Assembly: GCA_964550975.1 (NCBI GenBank)
Contig: CAZKAY010000005.1
Span: 1 to 24,000, forward strand
DNA from: an uncultured Thermoproteales archaeon
Lineage (GTDB): Archaea > Thermoproteota > Thermoprotei > Thermofilales > B9-G17
DNA: 24,000 nt
Direction: 5' to 3'
The notes below the pieces were generated by a model that saw only the letters and a list, made by a program, of their open reading frames with translations, made no database searches and was not told the DNA's origin. The position numbers and the translations under genes are program-made. This document shows, piece by piece, positions 16,047 through 24,000 of this stretch (position 1 is the stretch's first letter; every line of letters starts with the position of its first letter).

Positions 16047-16508
16047 ATGAGTGATAATAGAGTTTCTATATATGCTGTTAGGGTGACTTCAGGACAGGAG
16101 AAAAATATAGCATTACTATTAGAGACAAGAATAAAATCCAATAATATTCCGATTAAATCGATTATTGTATTAGATAAAATTAAGGGATTTATATTTATTG
16201 AATCCGACTTACCAATATACATAGATAAAATTATTTATGGTCTACGATATATAAAGGGGAGAATGAGTGGTCTAATAAATTATGAGGATCTTGAGAAGTT
16301 TATTTCACCAAAACCAATCATCGACAACTTAAACATAAATGACATCGTAGAGATAATTGGTGGGCCCTTTAGAGGAATGCGAGGAAAAATATTATACCTC
16401 AATAAGGATAAAAATGAGATAAAAGTAGAAATATTTGAAGCCGCGTATCCTCTACCCGTAACTATTAATGCCGACTACGTAAAGATAGTTAAAAGGGCTC
16501 GGGAATAA
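16047..16508 (+). CDS. spt5: Transcription elongation factor Spt5 (NusG homologue)
   Basis: SIYAVRVTSGQEKNIA (NGN domain) and a C-terminal KOW (IVEIIGGPFRGMRGKI). The ATG at 16047 is preferred over the GTG at 16038. It starts 22 nt after tRNA-Pro. Confidence 0.9.
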   Translation: MSDNRVSIYAVRVTSGQEKNIALLLETRIKSNNIPIKSIIVLDKIKGFIFIESDLPIYIDKIIYGLRYIKGRMSGLINYEDLEKFISPKPIIDNLNINDIVEIIGGPFRGMRGKILYLNKDKNEIKVEIFEAAYPLPVTINADYVKIVKRARE

Positions 16509-16520
16509 ATAGGGATAAGT

Positions 16521-17825
16521 ATGCGCATGGAGTTTAGGAAGGGTCAAAAGATAAAAGTTGAGGGGCCAGCATCTCTCTTGATAAAAGATGGAGTTCTATG
16601 GGTTTTTGGAAAAGAGATTCGTAGCAGGGAAAGAATAACAATTCCCATTGATAAGACTATTCTGCTTGAAGTTTTAGAAGATACTATAGCTGAAGTAAGC
16701 TTAGGCGAAAATGCTACAATAGATAAAATAGAAGATCCTATAATTCCATATGAGTGGAGAAGCACCATAGAGAATATATATTATGATATTAAACCACTTA
16801 AAATACTGATACTTGGAGGGACGAACACCGGGAAATCCTTATTTACAATTCATTTAGCTAACTTTTATTCAGCAGAAAATGAAAAGGTAGGCGTTATCGA
16901 TGAGGATTTAGGGCAATCTGAAATAGGACCCCCAACGGTTATAGGTAGTACATTAATAACTAAACCTATAACAAGTTTTTCTCAAAGTAGATTATATGAT
17001 GGATATTTTATAGGTACGATTGATCCAGAGAATGTTACAGAAAATATACTTGTTGGTGTGAAAATATTACTAGAAAAAATCCTTAAAGAAGATCCAAGTG
17101 TAGTAATAATAAATACTGATGGCTGGATATTCGGGGAGAAGGCTAGAAGATTTAAGATAAATATGATAAATCTGCTAAGACCCGAGGTAGTTGTAGCTAT
17201 TCAAAGATTCAATGAAATAGAACATATAATTAGACCCTTTGAGAGACAGAAATGGGTTCAAATTATAAGATTATTAGCTCCAACCATTTTAAAACCAAGA
17301 TCACCAGAGTTAAGGAAACTTATCAGAGAATCTATGTATATAAGATATTTAAAAGATTTAAAAATAATAAAAGTAAATATACACAAAATCCCGTTGATGT
17401 TTTCAAGTTATGCTTCTTCATTTCCACTTCCTTTAAAATCTATGGAGAAAATTAGATCTTCTCTCAAGGAGGATTCATTTAAAAAAATAGAATATATTGG
17501 GATGAATTCCGAGGAACTAATAGTAGTCATAAATGATATGAGCATTAAAGATATCTTAAATGATATTTTAAGAAGCATGTTTACCGACAGAAAGATTAAA
17601 ATTATAAAGAAAGGAGAGGAGCACGGAATAATCGTAGGAATATATGATTATAATAACAAATTCTTAGGTATAGGATACATTGATGAAATATATTATAAGC
17701 GAGGGATTATTAAGATAAGGGCAGGAATTAGGTCTTCAGATACAGTTGGACTAATATGCTTAGGTCAACTTAAACTAGATGAAAAATATAATGAAAGAAA
17801 AAGGATAAAGATGTGGGATCTATAG
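16521..17825 (+). CDS. Clp1/Grc3-family polynucleotide 5'-kinase
   Basis: 434-aa ORF with P-loop ILGGTNTGKS, DEDLGQSEIGPP and INTDGW, the characteristic Clp1 motifs. An N-terminal beta-rich domain precedes the kinase core. Confidence 0.75.
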   Translation: MRMEFRKGQKIKVEGPASLLIKDGVLWVFGKEIRSRERITIPIDKTILLEVLEDTIAEVSLGENATIDKIEDPIIPYEWRSTIENIYYDIKPLKILILGGTNTGKSLFTIHLANFYSAENEKVGVIDEDLGQSEIGPPTVIGSTLITKPITSFSQSRLYDGYFIGTIDPENVTENILVGVKILLEKILKEDPSVVIINTDGWIFGEKARRFKINMINLLRPEVVVAIQRFNEIEHIIRPFERQKWVQIIRLLAPTILKPRSPELRKLIRESMYIRYLKDLKIIKVNIHKIPLMFSSYASSFPLPLKSMEKIRSSLKEDSFKKIEYIGMNSEELIVVINDMSIKDILNDILRSMFTDRKIKIIKKGEEHGIIVGIYDYNNKFLGIGYIDEIYYKRGIIKIRAGIRSSDTVGLICLGQLKLDEKYNERKRIKMWDL

Positions 17826-17826
17826 T

Positions 17827-19116
17827 ATGTATAGTTTAAAAAATTTTATCGATTTCCATAAAGACGTTATGGGAATAAATGATGTATTATCAGTAAGATA
17901 CGAGATAGCACGTATGTTAAAAAAATATCAGGAAAGGACATTAAAATTTAATAAAATAAAGGAATATCCCGGAAAATATGTTGTAGGAAATTTAATCAAT
18001 AGCCGGAATATCATAAAATATATTCTAAATGCAAAGAGTGACGTAGAGGTTTACAGTAAGATTATTAATGCATGTGAGCATCCCTTAAAACCTAAAGAGG
18101 CGAATGATGCTACCTTTCTTTATGAAAAATATGATGATTTAAAAAATATTCCAATATTATTACATTATGAAAGAGACGGTGGTCCCTATATAACTTCCTC
18201 TGTAGTTATAGCTAAAGATCCTGAAACCGGAATACAAAATGCATCTATACATAGATTAATGATGATAGATGAAAAACATTTAACGATAAGGATAGTTCCC
18301 AGACATTTATATCGAATTTATAAAAAATCCAAAGATAGAGGTGAAGATCTAAATGTTGCAATAGCTATTGGTTTACATCCCATAATTTTAATTGCAGCAG
18401 CCGCTTCACCACCATATGGAGTCGATGAAATATACGTGGCAAATAAGTTATCAGATAATAATATAGATGTATTTTATTTAGAAAATAGTGAGCTTTTTGT
18501 TCCAACAAGTGCTGAAATAATCATAGAAGGAAGGGTTCTTAAAGATAAGCTTGCAAATGAAGGACCATTTGTGGATATAACTGGAACATACGATATCGTA
18601 AGAAGACAACCAATAATAGAGGTAAAGAATGTGTTTATGGCGGAAACCCCATATTATCATGCAATTCTACCAGCTGGAATAGAACATAGATTACTAATGG
18701 GATTATATAGAGAAGCGATAATATGGAGAAGAGTATCTGAAGTAGTGCCGCATGTAAAGGCGGTTAGATTGACTACAGGTGGCTGTGGATGGCTTCACTG
18801 TATAATTTCTATAAAGAAAAATAATGACGGAGATCCTAAAAATGCCATTCTTACAGCATTTTCAGCACATCCTTCATTAAAAATGGTTATAGCTGTAGAT
18901 GAAGATATAGACGTGGATGACCCAAATGATGTGGAATGGGCAATTGCAACTAGATTTCAAGCCGATGAAGATCTAATAATAATTAAGAATTGTAGAGGAT
19001 CTAGCATAGATCCTTCAGCAGACCAACATAATCTGCTTACATCAAAAATGGGAATAGACGCCACAATACCCCTTAAAAAAGATATTACAAATTTTATTAA
19101 AGCAAAAATCCCATAG
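17827..19116 (+). CDS. ubiD: UbiD-family (prenylated-FMN dependent) decarboxylase
   Basis: 429-aa ORF. DGGPYITSSVVIAKDPETGIQNASIHRLM, EGPFVDITGTY and DVEWAIATRF are UbiD family motifs. In some archaea a UbiD homologue serves the modified mevalonate pathway, but substrate assignment is not possible from sequence alone. Confidence 0.85.
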   Translation: MYSLKNFIDFHKDVMGINDVLSVRYEIARMLKKYQERTLKFNKIKEYPGKYVVGNLINSRNIIKYILNAKSDVEVYSKIINACEHPLKPKEANDATFLYEKYDDLKNIPILLHYERDGGPYITSSVVIAKDPETGIQNASIHRLMMIDEKHLTIRIVPRHLYRIYKKSKDRGEDLNVAIAIGLHPIILIAAAASPPYGVDEIYVANKLSDNNIDVFYLENSELFVPTSAEIIIEGRVLKDKLANEGPFVDITGTYDIVRRQPIIEVKNVFMAETPYYHAILPAGIEHRLLMGLYREAIIWRRVSEVVPHVKAVRLTTGGCGWLHCIISIKKNNDGDPKNAILTAFSAHPSLKMVIAVDEDIDVDDPNDVEWAIATRFQADEDLIIIKNCRGSSIDPSADQHNLLTSKMGIDATIPLKKDITNFIKAKIP

Positions 19117-19438
19117 GGGCCGTCGTCCCTCATGCTCGGACATCACATGTCCTATAAAGGTATCATGTCATTCAATCTAGTATCTCATGACCACCACCGT
19201 TCATCCTTAGGGCCGCTCTCTCCCGAGCCTAACCCGATTCGGATGATAAGGCTGAGAAAACTCTCCTTACGAAGAGTTTTCTCAGCCTACGGTGGTCCCA
19301 TGAGGCTAAATGTCATTATGACAGAGGATACCTTTACAGGACATGGAGGATATCCTGGCATGAGGTTAGCGTCCCCCGCCATATAGACCGTTTGCGGTTA
19401 CAGGGGAGGCCTAGCCCCCCGGGACTTTACACGGCCCC
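19116..19438 (-). ncRNA. Signal recognition particle RNA (7S / SRP RNA)
   Basis: GC-rich 323-nt block in AT-rich DNA. The termini pair (GGGGCCG / CGGCCCC). On the minus strand, GGGUUAGGCUC-GGGA-GAGAGCGGCCC closely parallels the universal helix 8 motif (E. coli GGUCAGGUCC-GGAA-GGAAGCAGCC). A long helix-6-like hairpin GGCUGAGAAAACUCUUC-GUAA-GGAGAGUUUUCUCAGCC precedes it. Two 5' hairpins are separated by UGUAAC (the Alu-domain UGUAAU motif). Long-range pairings (CCUCAUGC/GCAUGAGG, AAGGUAUC/GAUACCUU) give a rod shape. Confidence 0.85.
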
Positions 19439-19453
19439 AAAATAATATATTGT

Positions 19454-19813
19454 ATGGCCTATATATCTTTTTTCAATAAGTTAGGTTTATTTACTTCAAT
19501 CCCCTATTTTTTATTGAACATTATGATAACTGGGAAAGATTTGGAGAGGATTCATGCTTATGCGGTAAAAGAGAAGAAGAAAATAATTTTTATCTTTGAT
19601 AGATATAAGTTTCGTTTAGTGATAAATAGTTTCATTCATGCAGAGGACGAAAATGAGTACATTGTTCAATGGAGATATGCTTTTGGTAGTATGGTTCCGG
19701 ATCAAGTTTTAAGAGGGTTTAAGATAAAGGAAATAGTTATAAAAGATGTTAAGGGAGAAAAAAGATTGAAGGGTCTTAGTGATCTATTAAAAATTATTCC
19801 TCGATTTTACTAA
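19454..19813 (+). CDS. Hypothetical protein
   Basis: 119-aa ORF with no recognisable motif. The first 23 codons overlap the putative SRP RNA promoter, so the ATG at 19523 (MITGKDLERIH...) may be the real start. The 3' end overlaps the histone gene tail-to-tail by 20 nt. Confidence 0.45.
   Translation: MAYISFFNKLGLFTSIPYFLLNIMITGKDLERIHAYAVKEKKKIIFIFDRYKFRLVINSFIHAEDENEYIVQWRYAFGSMVPDQVLRGFKIKEIVIKDVKGEKRLKGLSDLLKIIPRFY
19459..19467 (-). promoter_or_regulatory. TATA-like box (GATATATAG on the minus strand) for the SRP RNA
   Basis: Spans -29 to -21 relative to the predicted SRP RNA 5' G at 19438. Confidence 0.45.
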
Positions 19814-20048
19814 TAAGGCTTTTTAGAGAAATATTGGCGATTTCTCGTAAGGCAAAATCTATATCTTCTTTTCTTACAGTTTTTCTACCTGCATGTTTTG
19901 AGGCTTGTAGGGCGATTAAGGCTACTCTAATGGCTATTTCTTCCAATAATTTACATAATCTTTCTGTAGCTTCGATACTAACTCTCTCAGCCCCAATTTC
20001 ACGGATTAATCTATCTATCGGTGCTATTGGTATCCTACTTTTTTTCAT
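19794..20048 (-). CDS. Archaeal histone (HMf-type histone fold) with a ~15-aa C-terminal extension
   Basis: IPIAPIDRLIREIGAERVSIEATERLCKLLEEIA...ASKHAGRKTVRKEDIDFALREI matches the archaeal histone consensus. The 84-aa length compares with about 67-70 aa for typical members. Confidence 0.9.
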   Translation of the reverse strand: MKKSRIPIAPIDRLIREIGAERVSIEATERLCKLLEEIAIRVALIALQASKHAGRKTVRKEDIDFALREIANISLKSLISKIEE

Positions 20049-20351
20049 AGATTTCCTCTCTTAAATATTTGATAATATCAATAATCTATTTATTTTTCTT
20101 TTTCTCGTTAATATTGTTTATGCAGGAATAAAATGAATCAATAAATGTTATAAATCTAATCTCGTCCTTATAATATCATGTTTCAAGTTATATCTACTGT
20201 AAGAATACCTAGAACCGGAGAATTTATGCATCAATCTATTTTAATTAAATAAACATATATCCAGCAAAATTAATTTAGAAGTGTTTATAAATATTATCTG
20301 TAGATCTTTGTATAAAGGCTTGGTTATACTGAAATTGATGAGGAGATTTAA

Positions 20352-20603
20352 TTGAGAAGGATGGGTAAAATTATAAACGTTATTGAGAGAAGGATAATTG
20401 TTTCCTCAAGTTTTGCACCAAGAATGTACAGCGCGGTCTATGATAGTGATTTAAAATTAATTGGATGGGTTGTAGACGTATTTGGTCCAGTAAATACACC
20501 ATATGTAAGAGTAAAGATGAAGTCTAATGTTTCTCCTCAAACTATTAAAGGAGAATATCTCTATGTAGATGAAAATAGAAGATTGATAAAAGAGGTGAGA
20601 TAG
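20352..20603 (+). CDS. gar1: H/ACA ribonucleoprotein complex subunit Gar1
   Basis: MRRMGKIINV...IGWVVDVFGPVNTPYVRVK...GEYLYVDE matches archaeal Gar1 (G.V.DVFGPV..PY). It has a TTG start 5 nt after GAGGAG. It sits directly upstream of tfb, as in many archaea. Confidence 0.85.
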   Translation: MRRMGKIINVIERRIIVSSSFAPRMYSAVYDSDLKLIGWVVDVFGPVNTPYVRVKMKSNVSPQTIKGEYLYVDENRRLIKEVR

Positions 20604-20627
20604 CTGACCGAACCCTACTTTATTTCG

Positions 20628-21524
20628 ATGAAATGTCCATATTGTGGTGGAAGAATTATAAAGGATGCTATAAGAGGAGAACTTGTATGTCTTGATTGTG
20701 GAAGAGTTATAGAGGATCATACAATAGATCATGGCCCTGAGTGGCGTGCATTTAATGATGAGCAAAGAAAAAGACGTGAGAGAACGGGATCTCCATTATC
20801 TCCACTAAAACCAGACCAAGGACTTTCTACAGTAATAGATTGGAGAAATGTAGATGGTAGTGGAAGAGTATTAAAAGCTGAGAAACGACCTAGAATATCT
20901 AGGCTTAGAAAATTAAATAGAATTATAAGTATCTCTGCATCTACGGAGAAAAATTATAGTATAGCATTTACTGAAATTGGTAGAATGATTTCTCAGCTAG
21001 GATTACCTAAAAGCATAGCTAATGAAGCAGCTATACTATATAGACATGCAGCTAAAAAAAGGCTTATTAAAGGCAGATCTATTGAAAGCATGGTTGCAGC
21101 ATGTATATATGCTGCATGCAGACAATATAAAATACCCCGTAGTTTAGATGAAATATCTGACGTTGCGAGAGCTAGTAAGAGAGAAATAGGGCGAAGCTAT
21201 CGACTTTTAATGAGAGAAATAATACGAAGTATACCACCTTCTCGAGCAATGGATTATATACCACGTTTAGTTAACGATTTAGGATTAAATCAAGAGACAA
21301 AAATATTGGCTACTAAAATTATTGAAATTGCTTCGGAACTTCGATTGGGTAGTGGTCGAATACCTAAGGGATTAGCTGCTGCAGCAGTATATCTTGCAGC
21401 AATTATAATTGATAAAAGACATACTCAACGTGATATAGCTAGCAATGCTGGAGTAACAGAAGTTACAGTAAGAAATAGATTTAAGGAAATAATTGAAAAG
21501 CTAAATTTTGAGATTTTTGTATAA
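20628..21524 (+). CDS. tfb: Transcription initiation factor TFB (TFIIB homologue)
   Basis: 298-aa ORF with an N-terminal Zn ribbon CPYCGG...CLDCG, a B-reader/linker (GPEWRAF) and two cyclin-fold repeats (ACIYAACR..., AAAVYLAA...). Confidence 0.95.
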   Translation: MKCPYCGGRIIKDAIRGELVCLDCGRVIEDHTIDHGPEWRAFNDEQRKRRERTGSPLSPLKPDQGLSTVIDWRNVDGSGRVLKAEKRPRISRLRKLNRIISISASTEKNYSIAFTEIGRMISQLGLPKSIANEAAILYRHAAKKRLIKGRSIESMVAACIYAACRQYKIPRSLDEISDVARASKREIGRSYRLLMREIIRSIPPSRAMDYIPRLVNDLGLNQETKILATKIIEIASELRLGSGRIPKGLAAAAVYLAAIIIDKRHTQRDIASNAGVTEVTVRNRFKEIIEKLNFEIFV

Positions 21525-21547
21525 TTAAGAGGTTATGTGGTAAATAG

Positions 21548-21940
21548 ATGAGCAGAATAATCCTAGAAGTTGTTGAGAGAAAGGCTATTAAATTAATAAA
21601 GGAGACCGGATCAATACTTCAAATAGACTTAGCTAAAAAACTAGATATAGATCCTCGCAGTTGTTCTAAAATAGTAAGGACGTTAGAGCGTCGTGGTTTA
21701 ATTAAGAGAAAAGCAATAATGTACAAAGGTAGAAGGACCTATATGCTAACTCCAACTAAACGTTTACTAGAAGAGTTTTCAATCGATCCATTAATAATGG
21801 ATCTGCCCTGTTTATTCTGTCCATATATGGAGGAGTGTTACGAAGGTATAAGGATATCTCCAGAGAAATGTAAAACTATAGAAAAATGGTTGCTTGAGAA
21901 ATGTGAAAAGAAAAAACAGCTTGAAAAATATGATAGATGA
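21548..21940 (+). CDS. Winged-helix DNA-binding protein with a Cys-rich C-terminus (possible TFE-beta / RPC39-like factor)
   Basis: 130 aa. The wHTH core is QIDLAKKLDIDPRSCSKIVRTLERRGLIKRK. The C-terminal CLFCPYMEEC...C...C cluster could bind metal or Fe-S. The TFE-beta assignment is an inference from domain architecture and position next to tfb only. Confidence 0.5.
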   Translation: MSRIILEVVERKAIKLIKETGSILQIDLAKKLDIDPRSCSKIVRTLERRGLIKRKAIMYKGRRTYMLTPTKRLLEEFSIDPLIMDLPCLFCPYMEECYEGIRISPEKCKTIEKWLLEKCEKKKQLEKYDR

Positions 21941-23324
21941 AATTTTAAGCGTGGTTGCTAAGAAGATTGAACCAAATGAGGAGGAGAAACTAAGAATACA
22001 AGACACTGCTAATAAGATAGTATCAATATTAAAAGAATTGTGTAAAAAGCAGGGATTTGACATTAAGGTTGAAATAGGAGGATCTATAGGTAAAGGAACG
22101 TGGCTTAGCGGGGAAGCGGATATAGATATATTTATGCTTTTTCCCTTAAGTATTGAGTTAGATAGAATGATTTCTTTAGGTCTTAATATAGCTAGGAAAA
22201 CTACTGAGATAGTCGGCGGGGTACCCGTTGAAAAATATGCACAACACCCTTATATTGAAACATATATTAATGGGATGACAATCGATATAGTACCTGCATA
22301 TCAAATTGAGCATCCAAGTCAGATAAAAACAGCTGCGGATAGAAGCTCACTTCATTTAAGATATGTAAATTCTAAGTTAAATGATAGAATGCGAAAAGAA
22401 ATAAGAATTTTAAAAAGATTTCTTAAAGGTATAAATGTATATGGATCGGAGATAAAAACACAGGGGTTCTCCGGATATTTGTGTGAGCTTTTGATAATAT
22501 ATTACGGGAGCTTCATAAACTTGCTTAGAAATGCTATTAAATGGATTCCATGGAGAACATATATAGATATAGAAAATTTTTATGGAGGAGATATGCAGAA
22601 AATATTTAAAAAATTTAATAGCCCCATTGTAGTAATAGATCCTGTTGATAAAAATAGAAATGCAGCAGCTGCGGTTTCAATGAAAAAATTGTTGGAATTT
22701 AAGACAGCGTCAAAATTTTTTTTAAATAAACCTTCTTTTAAATTCTTTTTCCCCGAAGCCACAAAGCCTATTACGTTAAATGAGTTTCAGCAAATAATAT
22801 ATTCGAGGAAAACTTATGTAGTATGTCTTTTACTTCCAATAAAAATTATGTCACCAGATATAATATGGGGTATTGGATTTAAAGTTTCTAGAAAACTGAG
22901 AAATATATTAGAGAAATATGACTACAGAGTACTAGATATTGGTGTATGGACAGATGAGAGAGAGATATTAGCTATACTATTTGAGGTAGAAAATATTTCT
23001 CTACCTTATGTTAAAAAACATCTAGGCCCGCCAGTCGGGTCGGTAAATGAGATGGATTTTATAAAAAAATATTTTCATAAGGGAGAAATGGTCGCGGGTC
23101 CATTTATAGAAGGAGGGAGATGGGTTGTATATAAGCCGAGAAGGTACGTATCTATAAGAGACTTGTTGCTAGAATATGTTTTTCAAATAAGTAATGTAAG
23201 AAAATTTTTAAGTAAAGATAAAATATATTTTCTCCTTAATGAAGAAGTTTTAAAAACAGTTAAAGATAAATCCTTTTTAATTTATTTAAAGGAATGGCTT
23301 ATTAAAAAATATAAATGGCTTTAA
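21930..23324 (+). CDS. cca: CCA-adding enzyme (archaeal class I tRNA nucleotidyltransferase)
   Basis: GGSIGKGTWLSGEADIDIFMLFP, HPYIE, DIVPAY, AADRSSLH and GFSGYLCELLIIYYGSF align with the archaeal CCA-adding enzyme. The ATG at 21930 is preferred over the TTG at 21894. None of the 8 tRNA genes encodes a CCA tail. Confidence 0.9.
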   Translation: MIDEILSVVAKKIEPNEEEKLRIQDTANKIVSILKELCKKQGFDIKVEIGGSIGKGTWLSGEADIDIFMLFPLSIELDRMISLGLNIARKTTEIVGGVPVEKYAQHPYIETYINGMTIDIVPAYQIEHPSQIKTAADRSSLHLRYVNSKLNDRMRKEIRILKRFLKGINVYGSEIKTQGFSGYLCELLIIYYGSFINLLRNAIKWIPWRTYIDIENFYGGDMQKIFKKFNSPIVVIDPVDKNRNAAAAVSMKKLLEFKTASKFFLNKPSFKFFFPEATKPITLNEFQQIIYSRKTYVVCLLLPIKIMSPDIIWGIGFKVSRKLRNILEKYDYRVLDIGVWTDEREILAILFEVENISLPYVKKHLGPPVGSVNEMDFIKKYFHKGEMVAGPFIEGGRWVVYKPRRYVSIRDLLLEYVFQISNVRKFLSKDKIYFLLNEEVLKTVKDKSFLIYLKEWLIKKYKWL

Positions 23325-23357
23325 TTATCTAAGAATGATTCAATATAAAGTGAAAAA

Positions 23358-24000
23358 ATGAGGGGGAAAATCGATTGGAAAAGTATTGGATTAAAATGTG
23401 GTATAGAGTTTCATCAAATGCTTAATACTAAGCATAAGCTTTTTTGTGGATGTCCTACAATTATCAGGAAGGATGACCCGCATTTTATATTTAGAAGAGT
23501 GCTTAGACCTACTATGAGTGAGATGGGAGAAATAGATAAAGCTGCACTATTTGAATTTAGAAAACATCGATTCTTTCAATATGAAGGTTATAATGATACG
23601 ACATGCTTAGTTGAAATGGACGAGGAACCACCTCATAGTATTAATGAAGAAGCCATAAAGATAGCTTTAGAGATAGCTCTACTTTTACATGCCAATATAG
23701 TTGATGAAATACATGTGATGAGGAAAATTGTGATTGATGGATCAAATACTTCAGGATTTCAGAGGACGGCACTTATAGCCTTAAATGGATATATCAAACT
23801 CGGTGAAAAGAAAATCGGCATAAATACTATATGTTTAGAAGAGGATGCTGCAAGAAAAATTTCAGAAGATGAGGAGAAAGTAGTGTATAGGTTAGATAGA
23901 TTAGGTATACCTTTAATAGAAATTGCTACTGCACCTGAAATTTCAAGTCCTGAAGAAGCGTTAAATGTTGCTTTAAAAATCGGACAACTTCTCCGTATTA
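23358..24000 (+). CDS. gatE: Glutamyl-tRNA(Gln) amidotransferase subunit E, N-terminal part (runs off the window)
   Basis: My own translation from ATG 23358 gives [34 protein letters not shown]..., the GatE/GatB N-terminal signature. The frame stays open to position 24000. Confidence 0.85.
   Translation, partial: MRGKIDWKSIGLKCGIEFHQMLNTKHKLFCGCPTIIRKDDPHFIFRRVLRPTMSEMGEIDKAALFEFRKHRFFQYEGYNDTTCLVEMDEEPPHSINEEAIKIALEIALLLHANIVDEIHVMRKIVIDGSNTSGFQRTALIALNGYIKLGEKKIGINTICLEEDAARKISEDEEKVVYRLDRLGIPLIEIATAPEISSPEEALNVALKIGQLLRI

Noticed and set aside
19132-19386. 84-aa plus-strand ORF (MLGHHMSYKG...) in the track
   Set aside because: It lies entirely inside the GC-rich structured SRP RNA. Its composition is Pro/Gly/Arg/Ser-rich, as expected from translating GC-rich RNA-gene sequence, and it has no protein motif.
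19116-19438. Possible RNase P RNA, because the minus strand begins GGGGCCGUGUAAAGUCCC (reminiscent of CR-I GAAAGUCC) and GUCCC could pair with GGGAC near the 3' end
   Set aside because: No CR-IV/CR-V-like ACAGAA...GGCUUA motif is present. The internal helix 8 motif, the helix-6-like hairpin and the UGUAAC Alu motif fit SRP RNA much better.
20049-20351. A 300-nt AT-rich divergent intergenic region between the histone and gar1 genes, as a possible ncRNA (H/ACA or C/D) or small-ORF locus; it includes a 24-codon ORF starting at 20178
   Set aside because: There is no GC-rich stem, K-turn/ACA or C/D box arrangement. The small ORF has no recognisable features. The region is most simply two divergent promoters.
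743-22762. Antisense or out-of-frame track ORFs: 743-1003, 3093-3374, 4445-4723, 5111-5314, 6277-6513, 8214-8411, 11027-11344, 13438-13773, 16034-16222, 16544-16768, 17252-17455, 18478-18660, 19834-20064, 20457-20765, 21812-22063, 22580-22762
   Set aside because: Each is embedded in, or mostly overlaps, a longer ORF with clear family motifs. They have low-complexity, hydrophobic or Ser/Ile-rich composition, as expected from shadow frames in AT-rich DNA.
1-24000. CRISPR arrays, IS elements or transposases, integrases, prophage or defence islands
   Set aside because: I saw no direct-repeat arrays, terminal inverted repeats or mobile-element genes. Every long ORF has a housekeeping assignment or is a small orphan. 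The undescribed-system candidate I can support is tRNA-related rather than a defence locus.

Overview
This is an AT-rich archaeal chromosome segment (roughly 30% G+C by eye, not computed). The RNA genes are very GC-rich, which is typical of a (hyper)thermophile. The protein set looks crenarchaeal/TACK-like: Orc1/Cdc6, TFB, Spt5, Gar1, an archaeal histone, GatD plus GatE, aIF2-beta, an archaeal CCA-adding enzyme, an aKMT-like methyltransferase and a non-catalytic EndA-like subunit. I cannot name the organism. The window is densely packed housekeeping and information-processing DNA. I call about 34 CDSs, two of which are too short for the ORF track (ribosomal protein eS30 and an RHH protein) and one of which runs off the 5' edge (a radical SAM protein). 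I also call 8 tRNA genes and a ~323-nt SRP (7S) RNA on the minus strand, which the track mis-reads as an 84-aa ORF. I found no CRISPR array, IS element, integrase, rRNA or recognisable defence locus. The most unusual signals all concern tRNA biology. Six of the 8 tRNA genes carry extra sequence consistent with introns, one of them at a non-canonical position. Both tRNA-Val genes share a 5' end (CU) that cannot pair with the 3' acceptor strand (CC). Most tRNAs have a TATA-like box about 26-27 nt upstream of the mature 5' nucleotide, suggesting near-leaderless tRNA transcripts. Conserved ribosomal and transcription operons are also broken up: S17-L14 is isolated with no Rpp29 gene upstream, and Spt5 is not followed by L11. 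All functional calls come from motifs and remembered family sequences, with no database search.
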